Of a DNA stretch of 64,000 bases, positions 39,143 through 51,559 are shown one piece after another. Source of the DNA: Eledone cirrhosa. Its lineage: Eukaryota. Location of the stretch: contig OZ024742.1 of the NCBI GenBank assembly GCA_964016885.1, positions 106,826,001 through 106,890,000 on the forward strand. The letters are read 5' to 3'. The translations under genes were made by a program, and so were the position numbers. Position 1 is the first letter of the stretch, and each line of letters begins with the position of its first letter. The notes beneath the pieces were generated by a model, which did no database searches, was not told the origin of the DNA, and worked only from the letters and a program-made list of their open reading frames with translations.

Positions 39143-39175
39143 ACATGATAACAGGCATTTAGTTATAGTATTTAA

Positions 39176-39504
39176 CTAGCAGAATGAGTTACTTCCCGTA
39201 GAATTCTAGAGTATTCCTTGAACTTCCGTTCTAGGAATTATGAAGGAAGGAGTGAAGAACAATCTCTCTCTTTTGGCGACAGGCTCTTGGATTGTTCACA
39301 CACGAGCGAAAATACACACAAGTTTTTCCATATCTGTTATCTAATTAAATTAGTGGTTGGCATACAGTGGTGTTTACTGAAGTAAATAATCCTATGACCA
39401 ACTCAATAAAAGTATTACATGTGTAAAGTTTGAAAACAATCGGTTGGGTGGTTCTCGAGTTTTAGGGAGTCGGACAGAGACGTTCTCTGTTTTAGATATA
39501 TAGA
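39176..39504 (-). mobile_element. Non-autonomous Helitron-like element
   Basis: On the minus strand it starts TCTATATA and ends CTAG, between A and T. Confidence 0.55.
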
Positions 39505-39559
39505 TGCAGCAACAACAGTTGTACAAAATATAATTTAGATATATATCAGATGAAAGAAT

Positions 39560-40240
39560 GGTATTTAACTAATGTATTGGTACGCGATGGGGCCCACCCA
39601 CAGCCCCGGCGGACAGAATGGAGAAGGCGTTTCCCCGGAGGATGGCAAGGGAGACGCGCTGGAAAAGCCACTCCAACTCGCGGGGCTCACACCTGCGGCT
39701 GGCCAGCTCTCACCAGAAGTCTCCATTGCCAGGGGAACGACCGCAAACCTGTCGGAGAGCGACCGGTACTTGAGGAGTTTGGCCCCCTCAGCCCGACGTG
39801 CAGCAGAACCTGAGTCAGTCGCAGACTGCACCAGGTTGCGGCTGCAGAAAGTGTCGTTGCAAGTGGCATCCCAGACGAGGGTTTTTGCCACCGCGGAACG
39901 GGAAGATGGTCATGCCATCTGGCCTTTTGCCGTCCCCTCGATCCAGCCCCACCGGCTCGAGCTGGGAAGGGAAACCTGCAGCGTCCAAGCCTGCTTAATG
40001 ACCTCGTTGAGGGCAGCATGGCGTGGAATGCGGCCGGTACTGTGGCGACAGGAAAGCGGGTGGAGGCCGAAAGAGTCCACGGTGGAACCGCAGCGACATT
40101 GTGTGACTGGCAGATCCGGAGGCCGAGCCTCAGAGAAACGCCGATTCGCAGGCTATGGTTGTCTAGCTGCGTGCCAATGGAGAAGGAGGGCAGGGCATGG
40201 AGCCAGGCACCACTGTGGGGTTTGGAGGCCGCACGAAAAC
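39560..40240 (-). mobile_element. CRE/R2-group non-LTR retrotransposon 3' fragment (zinc finger and RLE endonuclease)
   Basis: [64 protein letters not shown] and FQRVSLAILRGN. Confidence 0.82.
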
Positions 40241-40394
40241 AAGCAAGGTATTACTTTATCTTAAGCATTTGTGTGTGTGAAAATAATTCAATGTTAAAGC
40301 AATTAAAATTAATGAATCCGTGTGTGTGTGTATGGAAATACTAGGTGTGTTGCCCGACAAGGCAGTTAGTCAACCGGGAATAATAATAATAATG

Positions 40395-40932
40395 AAATTA
40401 TTGTGTACAGTGCTCAGGTGCACTACAACTCATCAAAGGTGCATGTATAGTACATAGAATAATGTACAAATGTCAGGAAAATGAACAGTGTATGAGTCAT
40501 GATATAATAACAATAACAATAATGAAATATTGTGTACAGTGCCCAGGTGCACCACAACTCATCAAAAAAGTGCATGTACAGTACATAGGGCAATGCACAA
40601 ACATCAGTAAAATGAACAGTGCACGAGTCATGATACACACATGTGTGCATGTGTATGGAAGGGGTACATCAGGTGTAGTTTTGGCGTATTTCGGAAAGCA
40701 TGAGTGTCTTAAAGGATGCAGTGTCTCGACAGCTAACAATTGACGCAGGCAGTTTGTTCCATGCTTCAGCAACTCTGAGCGTGAAAAAATGTCTGCGAAA
40801 GTCATGGGAGCTGTGCTGTTTTCTTATCTTGTAGGCATGTCCACATGTGTTAGACACATGGAGATCAAAGAGGCGCTCAGGGTTGCAGTTGGCGAGATGG
40901 TTAAAAACTTTGTGGGTATTCACCAAGTCCAT
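40395..40932 (-). mobile_element. CR1/L2-group LINE 3' end with a tandemly duplicated 3' UTR terminus
   Basis: MDLVNTHKV...FFTLRVAEAWNKLP as at 5380-5630; the terminal ~110 bp occurs twice. Confidence 0.88.
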
Positions 40933-41089
40933 GAGTGAACCCTTGGCCTTGCTTAGGACATCATTCTAGGAGAAGGAACATCTGTTTACCTGCGACTCGA
41001 TGATAGCCAAGAATGTTGACCAGTGTGTGTGTGCTAGGTATATGAGTGTGCGTGTATACAAATGTATGTATACATGTATGTGTATGTAA

Positions 41090-41358
41090 CAGGGGCCTTG
41101 TTTGCCTTAAAAATGTGGGGTGGGGGGGGCAAACCTACATTTGTTGATACTTAAAGGAGCATGTTAGTATTGCTTATGGTGCCCTTCCCGGACCCTATCA
41201 CATAAGCACAATTTTATGCTAATTAAATTTTATATATTCAAAAAAAAATAAGCTTAAAAAGAATTTATTATATCAAATAAACAAAAAATATAACATAGAC
41301 GTTTGAAATGGTTGGGGAGAACTTGTTCCCTGGTACCCCCACTGAATCAAGGCCCTTG
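41090..41358. mobile_element. hAT-type MITE
   Basis: TIRs caggggccttg / caaggcccttg; TSD gtatgtaa / gtatgtag. A related end occurs at ~48232. Confidence 0.72.
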
Positions 41359-41429
41359 GTATGTAGGTATACGTGTAAAAATTGGCCCCAGTCGAACATG
41401 AAAAATACTGCAACTATATACTACTGAAG

Positions 41430-42310
41430 AAACCAGGTGGGATCTGTTTTGAGGAAACTGTAAATATCCTATCAAAATTTTTTAGCAAGAAAAGGTTCTT
41501 TATTTAACACCCGTTGGCAGTATATGAATCTGGCGAAAAAAGAGGACGAAGATTTTGTCGCGTATGCTGGGATCGTTAACAAAGAATGCGAAAGACTTAA
41601 ACTTAACGAACTAATCCCAGACATGTTTAATGTTCGTGCAAGGGTTGACTGCAAAGAAAGATGCGGAAATTCATACCAGAATTCTGACAAAATTAGAGCA
41701 GAACCAGAACTTAACATTACAGGAAATATCTGAGGAATGTCGAAAAATTATAAATCTGAGACGGAAAAAATCGAAGAGAGAGACTGTTCTCATATATAGT
41801 CTGTGCCACCTAAAGTAAAAAACAAAAAATAAAAAATGAATCCGTGTTTCGGATATGGAGGATTACACTTTAGATACGATTGTCCTTTTAAATAAATGCT
41901 TCGAGTGTGGGAGAATGGAACAAAAAATCACACTGCAAAATAAAACCAAGAAAAAGGTTCAACAGGAAAAATTATGTAAACAGGTTATCGGCGAAAAGAA
42001 TTATTAACGAGACTCAAAGAAAATTTGTGTATGTAAAAATTAACAACGTGAATGTTAAATTGCAGTTAGATACAGGTAGCGACATTACTATAATCATTGA
42101 AGACACATTGAAAGCAAAGGGAAACCTACATCAAATGAACCTCGAAGAGATTGTACTTGGCGTTTCGGAGAAGAAATTATTTTTTAAAGGCGAAATAGTA
42201 TGTAATGTTACATTTCGTGGCAAAAGCTAAAGCTTATGTATTAAGAAATATAACAAATCTTTTCGGTACGGACAGGATGGAGCTGTTCGACTTATGGGAT
42301 TTACTCATAA
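41430..42310 (+). mobile_element. Degraded Gypsy gag-protease fragment of a second, AT-rich family
   Basis: EDEDFVAYAGIVNKECE, QGL..DAEIHTRIL, VKLQLDTGSDITII; many stops; no LTR recognised. Confidence 0.75.
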
Positions 42311-42312
42311 TT

Positions 42313-42343
<31 letters not shown>

Positions 42344-42439
42344 ATGTAATTGGGTCGTCCGCCAGTTCAAAGAAAGAGTCATAACATTTAAAATAAAAAG
42401 AATTACTGCCAAATCGAAAAAGGGATGTTAGCAATAATT

Positions 42440-43340
42440 GTCGGTCGGCGGCAGCTTATTGACATCCGTGCCAGGTGATGTTGACGGATTTTAGGTCACT
42501 TTGGAACGTCCGTCACCAGGTCATCTTTGTCGGCCTCTTTCAGCTTGCCTTCGAGGAAAGTCCACGTCATCGCCGTTTTGGACAGGCGATATTGTGGGAA
42601 GCGCAGAATGTGACGCACCAAACGGAACCGGTTCCCCATGATGATTTCCTGCAATGTACGTTACCCTCTTTTCCGCAGGATCTCTTCGTTCTTTACCCGA
42701 TCTCGCCAGGTGACCTTACCCAGGCACCTTTGACACCTATCCGTCTTGGCAGTGTTTTTACACGTTTCGCAGGCGTAGATGGCCGTGGGAAGTGTAATGC
42801 TGCTGAACAAGTGCAACTTGTACGTGCTGATGATTACGTTTGACAAAATCGAGTGCCTCCGTTGGAATGCCGCGGTCGCCGTTCCAATCCTGCAGTTGAT
42901 GTCCAGCTCGATGTCGCCACTGTTGCTCAGTATGCTGTCAAGGTACGTGAAGTGGTCGACATTGTCCAGTTCCTGTTGGTTCACCTTAACTGCGGCCACC
43001 TGGTCGCTTCCCACCTTCATAACCTTGGTCTTTTAGGTGTTGATTCGTAACCCGATCTTCTCAGAGTTCTGCTTTCGGGAGGTTGATAGCTCTTGCAGAT
43101 TCGTACTGTCCTCAGGTAACAAGGCGATGTCGTCGGCAAAATCTAGATCTTTTAACCTTGATTTCGCTGTCCACGATCTCCCGACCTGCCAGCAGAACAA
43201 CAGAGGAGAGAGGATGCAGCCTTGTCTGACCCCGGATATGATGTCGAATAACTTCGTTGTATCTGATTCTGTTCTCACGCAACAGCTCGAGTTAGCGTAC
43301 ATGATGAAACTCTGTGGAATGCCGCAATGTTCCACAGTAT
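42440..43340 (-). mobile_element. Degraded RTE-like LINE RT fragment
   Basis: GVRQGCILSPLLF, LDFADDIALL, GLRIN, VDHFTYL, INCRIG. Confidence 0.85.
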
Positions 43341-43471
43341 TTGTTATAGTGTTTATGTTTATGTCCCATAACATGGCGATTTGACAAACAGAGATTGATT
43401 AAATATGTAACAGATTTGAAAAAACATTGTAATAAATTCTGGAGTCAATATGATATATATGATCGATATAA

Positions 43472-44398
43472 TCTATATATATAAAACTGTGGTTGTCTGT
43501 CTGTCTATCGATTTTTGGCACACATCTCCTCTTAGAATCTCTCACGGAATTGCACCGAAATTGCTATACTTCTACATTGAGCCCTAGCGAAGACATCGGA
43601 AAAAAAAAAATTTCAAATTGACCCACCCTATGTGACGAAATCGAATATAATGTATCGATTTTTGAGCGTAAGTTATCAGTTATTTCCCTTTGTTCTGTTT
43701 ACATTGAGCGTCTTACGTAAAAAATTACGCTGGCTTTCTCAGCGTTTCGAACAGTTGTCGAGCCAGCAAAATATTGACCTGCAAAATTCATCAGTTCGAA
43801 CACTAAGCTTCCGTTTTGCTTCATTTCCATTTAAAAGCATTTTAAAACAATATTTTTACTTGAAAACAAGTCTATTTAAAGACTACGTAAAACAAGCAAA
43901 TATTTCGTCGTTAGGCGTGCAGACAGACAGTCGTGCAGACAGACAGTCGTGCAGAGAGGTGATATATGCGTGCAGACAGACAGTCGTGCAGAGAGGTGAT
44001 ATAGGCGTGCAGACAGATAGTCGTGCAGAGAGGTGATATAGGCGTGCAGACAGACAGTCGTGCAGAGAGGTGATATAGGCGTGCAGACAGACATAACTGA
44101 TAATTTGGTTACGCTAATGTTTTTCTCTGCGTTGCAGTGTTTACATTTTCGATCTTTGTTAATAAATAACCAGTGCAGTTTCTATCCCCAGCATCCTCTT
44201 TTGTTATAACATTCGGGTTATCGTTATGTTTTCTTAACTTCATAAGGCATATTGTTGGTTGAGGGAATATTAATCAAAAACACCACATGCAAGTCTGCAC
44301 AGTAGACACTACAGTTTTTAAGCCAAGAAAGAAACTTAACATTGTAACTTTAACACAGCTACTGAGCGACCCCGAGCAACGCCGGGCTTTACTGCTAG
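43472..44398 (+). mobile_element. Non-autonomous Helitron with an internal ~34-bp minisatellite (43913-44092)
   Basis: A|TCTATATATATAAAA start; subterminal hairpin cccgagcaacgccggg; CTAG|T end; no TSD. Confidence 0.8.
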
Positions 44399-44779
44399 TG
44401 ATCGATAAAACTACAGAACAGAAATACATAGTAGCTGCTGTATGAATAAATATGTTTGTTACTTCAGCTAGACTAATGACAAGGGAGATAACTATTAAAA
44501 AACTCGTGGCTCTATGTAAAACACAAATTACTTACCTTTGTTCAATTTATACATTTTTCCTATACATTCTAAAATCTCCATGGATGGACGACATTTTTTT
44601 TTATTGCGCTTGTTTCTATTGATATCTTATTTGTGCAGTTTGTATTCCCGCTCAGCATTACGATGTTCTTTCCTGGCAAGTCAAACTGCTGCAGTCTCCC
44701 AAATTGCACCTTGGGGACGTTTTTTGTGCTTACGTCGTACTGATGCTGCACATGCTGTCCATATTGAGTTCAAGATGTT

Positions 44780-45250
44780 CTGAAGTATAGTGTTCACATC
44801 TCCAGAGTCGTAGAATTCAAGCCAGTTTGGGCGTTGTAGCTCGGTGCAGTAAGAGTTCCAGTCTGCTTTATTCCAGTCAAAGTGAGCAGTTTGGAGATGG
44901 TTTTCGTTTTTGTTACTGCCCATAAGAGACAGATTGGCAATGATCATAGCATGAGCAGAGTCACCTAAAGGTTCCTCAGCAGTGACACTAATAACCATTT
45001 CAAGAGTAGTGGTAAAGAGTAAATTCAAAGTGTTGTCACTTCTTGTTGGGGCGGTGACTTTTTACGACCAGTTCAAGTCCAGCACTAGCTCAAGGAAATC
45101 ATTTGCACTTTGCGGCCAACGAAAGGTTTCCAAATCAATAAAAACATAAGTGGCTGTTTTCCTGGCAGCAGCTCTGAGGATATCACAAAGCTGTGTGCCT
45201 TGATGGTAATTTGGGTGGCGGTAAACAACTGCAAGTAGAAGTGTTGACAT
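44780..45250 (-). mobile_element. LINE apurinic-endonuclease-region fragment
   Basis: VVYRHPN, PTRSDNTLNLLFT, EPLGDSAHAMI, WNKADW motifs. Confidence 0.65.
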
Positions 45251-45899
45251 GATCATATGTATATATCACAGAAAAATATGGATTGTTGCTGTTATTGTTG
45301 TTGTTATTATTGTCTATGCCATTGTTGTTGTTATTGCCTCTGTTCTCTTTCTTCTGTCATTGCTTCAATACTATGGAGAGAAATAATATTGTTTATCCAA
45401 CCAGTCTTAATTCTTCTTCTGTTGAAAGGCTAAATAATACAGTTTAATGAACATACAGACAGCAGCACTACCACTTTACATAGCAAACTAGGTGCTTTTT
45501 ATCATGACACTAATACTACTATTTTATAGTTAGGGCTATGTGCTTATAATTGTGACCCCAGCATAATCAGCTTATAGCAACTGGGTGCTTTTTATCATGG
45601 CACCAGTACTTTCACTTTGCAATGTAGACTGGGAGTATTTTATTGGGGCACCAACATTATAACTTTATCAAGTATCTGAGTGGATTTTATCATGGCAGCA
45701 GCCTACCACACAACAGTGTTGGTTGTGTCTTCAGCTTATAGTGGGACATGTGTGCATGTGTGTTGTTATACATAAAATAAAAATCTTCACTGGATGATTA
45801 GTTTCCAGCATCCTTGGCCTTGGAAAGCTCCAGTACCAGTCAACCAAGTTAAATATAATACAGACGGCTGAAATCATGTATGGCATCATTCCATCAATA

Positions 45900-46360
45900 A
45901 ATCTCTAACTCCAACTGCTGTGGCCAATTCATCGAGTTTCTTGAAGACATTACCCGAATCACTGGCGGTGACTCATGGGTGGATATTATCTATTTTAACT
46001 TTGCTAAAGCTTTTAATTCTGTGCCACACAAAAAACTTCTGGCAATGGGTGTGAGAGATGATCTTTATAACTGGTTAAAGTCCTTCATTCTCAGTCGAAA
46101 AAAGTTGTGATTCTATGACAGCATTCTTCACCCTATGAGATGACATCTGGTGTACCATAAGGATCTATTCTTGGTGCCCTTTTGTTTATTGTATATCTTA
46201 ATGACATAACTGCCAACTTGAAGCATTGCTGAAATATGCAGATGACAGCAAACTGTACCTTGAGATAAAAAGGACAGATCCTGTATGCTGTAGATCTTTC
46301 CTGCAATCAGACTTGAACACAGTGCAGCAATGGATTATGGACTGACAACTCAAGCCGGCA
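45900..46360 (+). mobile_element. Degraded CR1-group LINE RT fragment
   Basis: DIIYFNFAKAFNSVPH, SGVP*GSILG.LLFIVYLND, KYADDSKLY. Confidence 0.75.
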
Positions 46361-47130
46361 TAATGGTAACCCCCAACTGCTACTCAGACTCATTATTTTT
46401 TTTTTACAACTGAGTTAACTGGGGCAACATGAAATGAAGTATCTTGATACAATATAACATCCACTTTGGGAATCCAACCCATGCTGAAGAGTCTTTGGAG
46501 TAACATTACTTGGTAGAGCGCATAGCTCAGAGATCAGAAAGTTGCTTCTCCAAGCACGCACACACTCCTTTACTTACATATACACACACATATCCTCTTA
46601 GCTTCGTACAGGCGTATTATAACACACACATATGCATACTCATGTGCTCGAGTATAGCTCTTTATACAAAACCTTTTTTTTTTCCATTTCAGGTAGACGC
46701 GCTCCATCATCCACTTTTCTAAAAAAGTATATCATACACAAAACGCCAACATCAACAGTTTTCCAAGAGATGGTAACATGAATGGACCTGTTATTTTTTT
46801 CAAATTCCACCCCGCTTGTCCCTTCAATCTTTCTAATTTCTCATTCTTTCTTCTGATGAAGGACTAGCGTCCAAAACGTTAAAGCCCTCTTCCTGCTATT
46901 TCAAGTGTTAACCTAATATATTTCTTCCATATACTGTACCAAAAAAAAAAATTGTGTTGTTATTTCTGTTTACCTTTTGCATATTTATATATATACATAT
47001 AACAAAGGAAATGTGGTAAGGAACCAGGTGGACCATAACGCACCAAAGTACTCAATACTTAGGGTAGTAGAGTGGGTAATAGGAATGAGTAGGACCCCGA
47101 CGGCTGAGCTCAAGCCGTTTCGACGGCTAA

Positions 47131-47275
47131 TTCTGAATGGCAATTTAAATTCAAAAATTAAAATCATATTAAAACAGAATCAAAGCAAAATTAAAATTAA
47201 AATACAACATCGGCAGTTAACTTTGATTCTGTTTTAATATGATTTTAATTTTTGAATTTAAATTGCCATTCAGAA
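47131..47275. repeat. Perfect 55-bp inverted repeat with a 35-bp spacer
   Basis: 47131-47185 is the exact reverse complement of 47221-47275. Confidence 0.93.
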
Positions 47276-49376
47276 ATAATATAATATACGTCACCCCACT
47301 GTGCATCAATATATACATTTGTATCTGTATGTCTCTTGCGTTGGAAAGGAGGTCATGAATGTATACAAACATTAAATAATGCTCCGAAGACTCCAAGCCT
47401 CGGTTTGGATGAAACAATTGTAAGCTAATAAATGGTTTGAACATAACTTTGATTCCTGTGAATTCTCTCTCTATATATATATATATAGACATATATATAT
47501 AAATGTATATAGATATATATATATATATATTAGCAGAAGTACCCGGCGTTGCCCAGGTTAAAAAATAATTAAATTTTATTCAAAACTTGATATATTTTCT
47601 TAATACTTATTGCAATTAGTGATTCTAATATTATTGGCATAACAAATTCTGTGAGATCAACAACAATAATAAATTTGAAATAGAAAACTCTTAAAAGTAA
47701 CTTATGATAAAAATATAGTAAATTCTTAGAACACTTAATCGATTTTTGTTGGAAATAATTATTTTTCCTCAGTTTCTTAGTGAGCTATCAATTAATCTCA
47801 TCTCTGACTATACAGCAAATCATTTTTTCCACGAAATACGGAAAGAGAAGAGATGGCAGACCCTCTGACTTGCCCCCTCCCATGGAGTTTTCTTTCATGG
47901 GATTGACTAACCCTAACTCCAACCCTAAACCTAAACCTAACTTAAGCTTTCCATTTTCAAAATGGAGGCATATATTTTTCGGAAAGCGGGCAGCTACGGT
48001 AAAATTTCAACAGCTACATGGTAGGTCGACATGCTAGAAAAAGCAGCCAAATCTTTCCATTTTCTGAAAAAGGAATTGTTGTTTCGTGATTTGGAAGTCA
48101 AATCCGTTTTCACATAATTTGGAGGTCAGATTCATTGCCCTAGCTTTATGAAACTTTCTTCCAAATGAAGGTCTATTTACTGAAAATTTGACTCGACCAT
48201 TATGGAAGTTAATGCAGAATGTGTGTCATCAGCAAGGGCCTTGTTTCTGGGGGGAGCCACAAGACAAGTCCCCCCTCCCCACAATCTTTTTCAGGAACGG
48301 GGGACAAACCATCTTTTGTCCCCACTACTTTTTACCAATTAAAAAACAAAGAGTTTAAGCAGCCCACAAGCCAGCCAAGGGAAAAATACGAGGAAAAATA
48401 AATTTTAAAGAAATGAAGAAATTAAATAAAAGAAGCTTGTCAACGAATTCCCTAGGGAGATAAAAGAAAAACGAAAGAAATCAAAGAAAATGAAAATAAG
48501 AACAAGGTCGCTCTCGAGTGCTACTGGTAACATGTAACCCAGTACAACCTGTCTCATGGTCGGGTCATCAGCAACTAAACCGACAACCCCACCAAGCTAG
48601 CTTGGTGAGGAGGGTGGTGTTTGGACACCCTGCAGGATGAAATACAAGACCCGGCAAAGGGCGGAGAAACTCAGCAGAATCAACTGCCATCCAAATAGCA
48701 TTTTTTTTATTTATTTTTTTTTTTTTTCATATGGAGAGGTTAAACTCTGAGGCATAAAAAGCTGAGGGCTGTCATTGTATTTTCTGTGGCAAAGATTTGC
48801 ACCAAAGATATGTGTCATCAGTTCCAAAAAGTGTGGTTGGTCCTACACAAGCCTTCACCACTTAAAACAAAACTTTGTGTGGGTAGTTCAACATCAGTTC
48901 ACTTTCTCCCATTAACTTTTTGTTGGATAACAACGGGAGAGTCCATCAAATATATATATATGGCGTTATTTGATGTTGTTGAAAAGCTGGTCACTTTGTA
49001 CCCAGAGCAGTGGCCTTTGACCTGGCAATAAAAACTGGAGACAAAATTCTCTCTCTACCAAAAACAAGGCACATGCACACAAGTTTGTGTGTGTGTATCT
49101 ATCTATGTGTATATATATATATATATATATAAGGGATACAGATATTGTTTGCTCACTGTCACCAAGCATCATATACTGACCACTAATTGATTTTACAAAT
49201 GTCTTTAAGTGAGAGGTCTGTGCAGTAAACCTAAAAAATTACAAACACTAGGGCATTTGTTTAGGGACTGCAAGGCAACAAAAAGTTGTCCATCCATCCT
49301 TTACTCACAGATTCCCTAAAATGACCACTAATTGATTTACATAATTATTTGGCCAGCAGCTTATGTCTATGTGTAA

Positions 49377-49712
49377 TCATCATTTCATTTTACGTCCGCT
49401 TTTTCCCTGCTTGCAAGGGTGAGACGGGAACTGATTTTGGCTTGATTTCTACAGCTGGATGCCCTTCCTAACACCAACCTCATTTACAGTGAGTACTGGG
49501 TGCTTTATTGCCGTGGCACCTCCACGACCACTTTTGCAGTGGAATGATATGGACCCCAGTCCCTATCATCTCATTTCTACAGCTGAGTAAACTGGAGCAA
49601 TGTGAAATAAAGTGTCTTGCTTAAGGAAACAACACATCACCCGGTCTGAGAATTGAACTCACAACCTTTCGATTGCAAGGCCGATGCTCTAACCACTAAG
49701 CCATGTGCCTCC
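49377..49712 (-). mobile_element. Full-length tRNA-derived SINE with an RTE-derived 3' tail
   Basis: Minus strand: A box TGGCTTAGTGG, B box AGTTCAATTC, central cctt.agcaagacactt, tail cccttgcaagcagggaaaaagcggacgtaaaatga shared with the LINE end at 52958-52998. Confidence 0.9.
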
Positions 49713-49745
49713 AAGTATATCTATATATATATGCCTGTAAGTATA

Positions 49746-50458
49746 TCTATATATATAAAACTTGAGAAGTATCTGACTGATTTTTTTCAAACTTTACATA
49801 TGCGTTACTTATATTTCTTGAAGTGCAATGGGCTAAAAGAATTTTAACATTTTCTGCCCTGGGGCCCGCATTAGGCAAAAAACTGCATTTTAAAGGTATT
49901 TTTAGGCTTTTTTGAGTCATAATAATCCACCGTCGCATTGCTGTGGACAAATTTCCAATTCCATTAATGGTTTCTAGGAAATTTACGAATTAGCATTGGG
50001 GATTAGATGCCATTTTCATTTTCAATATAAACGCTACTTAAACATCGTAAGTAGCATAATATATATATTGTTAAAAATTTGGTTTATTTAACAGAGGACA
50101 CAGCATTGCAGGCTTTACTCTGTACAGTATGCATACAGGTGCAATAGTCGTAACTTATGTCTGTCCGGATGACTGGGTGCAAATCTATAAAACTCGAAAA
50201 GTATCTAACTGATTTTCTCTAAATGGAAGAAAAATCATGCTCTAAGATTTAGTACGCTTAAAGAGTATCCAGCTGATTTTCTTCAGATTTTGCACATGCA
50301 TGCAGATGTTTCATGATTCGAGCCTGCTGATGTTCTATGTTTCCAGTAGATGTGAATAAGGGAATTCAAAAAGAACACAGCTACAAACCTCAATCTTTGC
50401 ATATGTGTGTTGCTATTTCACGTTTCCTACCCTGTGCAACGCCGAGTCCTGCTGCTAG
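49746..50458 (+). mobile_element. Non-autonomous Helitron
   Basis: A|TCTATATATATAAAAC start; gcaacgccg hairpin remnant; CTAG|T end. A reverse-oriented 3' end of the same type lies at ~47530-47558. Confidence 0.72.
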
Positions 50459-51327
50459 TATATATATATATATATACACACTTACACATACACATGACCT
50501 GCTGGCCAAATAATTTTTGATATCAATGGGTTAAAGACTAAATTAGTGGTCAGTTCTTCAGTCTAAAGTCATTAGGGAGAATGAGTTGCCAAATAATTTG
50601 TGCCAAAATAATATATATATATATATATATATGCATGTGAGTGTCCATGTATGTATGTATGCATGCATGAATACAGTATGTTATAAATTAAGACAACCAG
50701 TGATTCCAACTGTTGTATCATATATTTTGGTTTCTATTAATTCCCTAGGGAATTGTTTGACCAAATGGTTTGCTTATTTGTTTATTTTTTTTTTTTAAAT
50801 GTTATTCTTTCTCTAAGACTTTTTTTTAAAAGATTTTTTTGAAAGCAAAGCATTGGCGCCTAAAATACTACAGAGGGCTCCTGCAATGCTACTTGCCATT
50901 GGGCAACCTGGCCAGTCCACCACTGGCCACAACCCTAAACCTAATCTTGGGGAGGGGGTAAAAAGGTTGAGGGTCCAGTTCTCTTCCCCCTCCGTTTTCC
51001 AGGGAAAGGTCCGTTGCAGCATGTTTGAAGGTTAGATTAGTTGATAGCACCCTAAAAGCTGAAGGAAAAAGAAATGGTATAGAAAACTCTGGGTAAGGAA
51101 GTTCGACCCCCCCCCCCCCACATCCTCTCTCCATTTTCCGGGGAAAAAGTCCTTTGCGCCATATTAAGAAGTAAGCGTAATTACCTATTGGTGGAGTGGA
51201 TAGGGGAGACCGGTATGCATGGGCGACTGTTGGCCTTGTACAAACAACCTTGCCTAAACTTGTGCCTCTAGGTACAAATCCTATGGTCATTCGTGACCAA
51301 AGGGGGTCTTTACCCTTTACCCTTACT

Positions 51328-51364
<37 letters not shown>

Positions 51365-51559
51365 ATATATATATATATATATCATCATCATCAATTTTGT
51401 GTCTGCCTTTCCATGCTTGCATGGATTGGACAGGTCCTTCTCAGCATGGCATCTATTAATATATAGTCACCACAATGCAGAAGATTATAATAATAATTGA
51501 TAGTTATTGATTTATTCAAGTATTATCTACAGTTCTCAACTATTAAATTATTATTATTA

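Noticed and set aside
39572-40344. Plus-strand 230-aa and 108-aa ORFs
   Set aside because: Antisense shadows of the GC-rich CRE-like fragment on the minus strand.
47907-47942. Telomere-like ctaaccctaa tract (also near 32960 and 50930)
   Set aside because: Short, degenerate and embedded in dispersed repeats; not a telomeric array.
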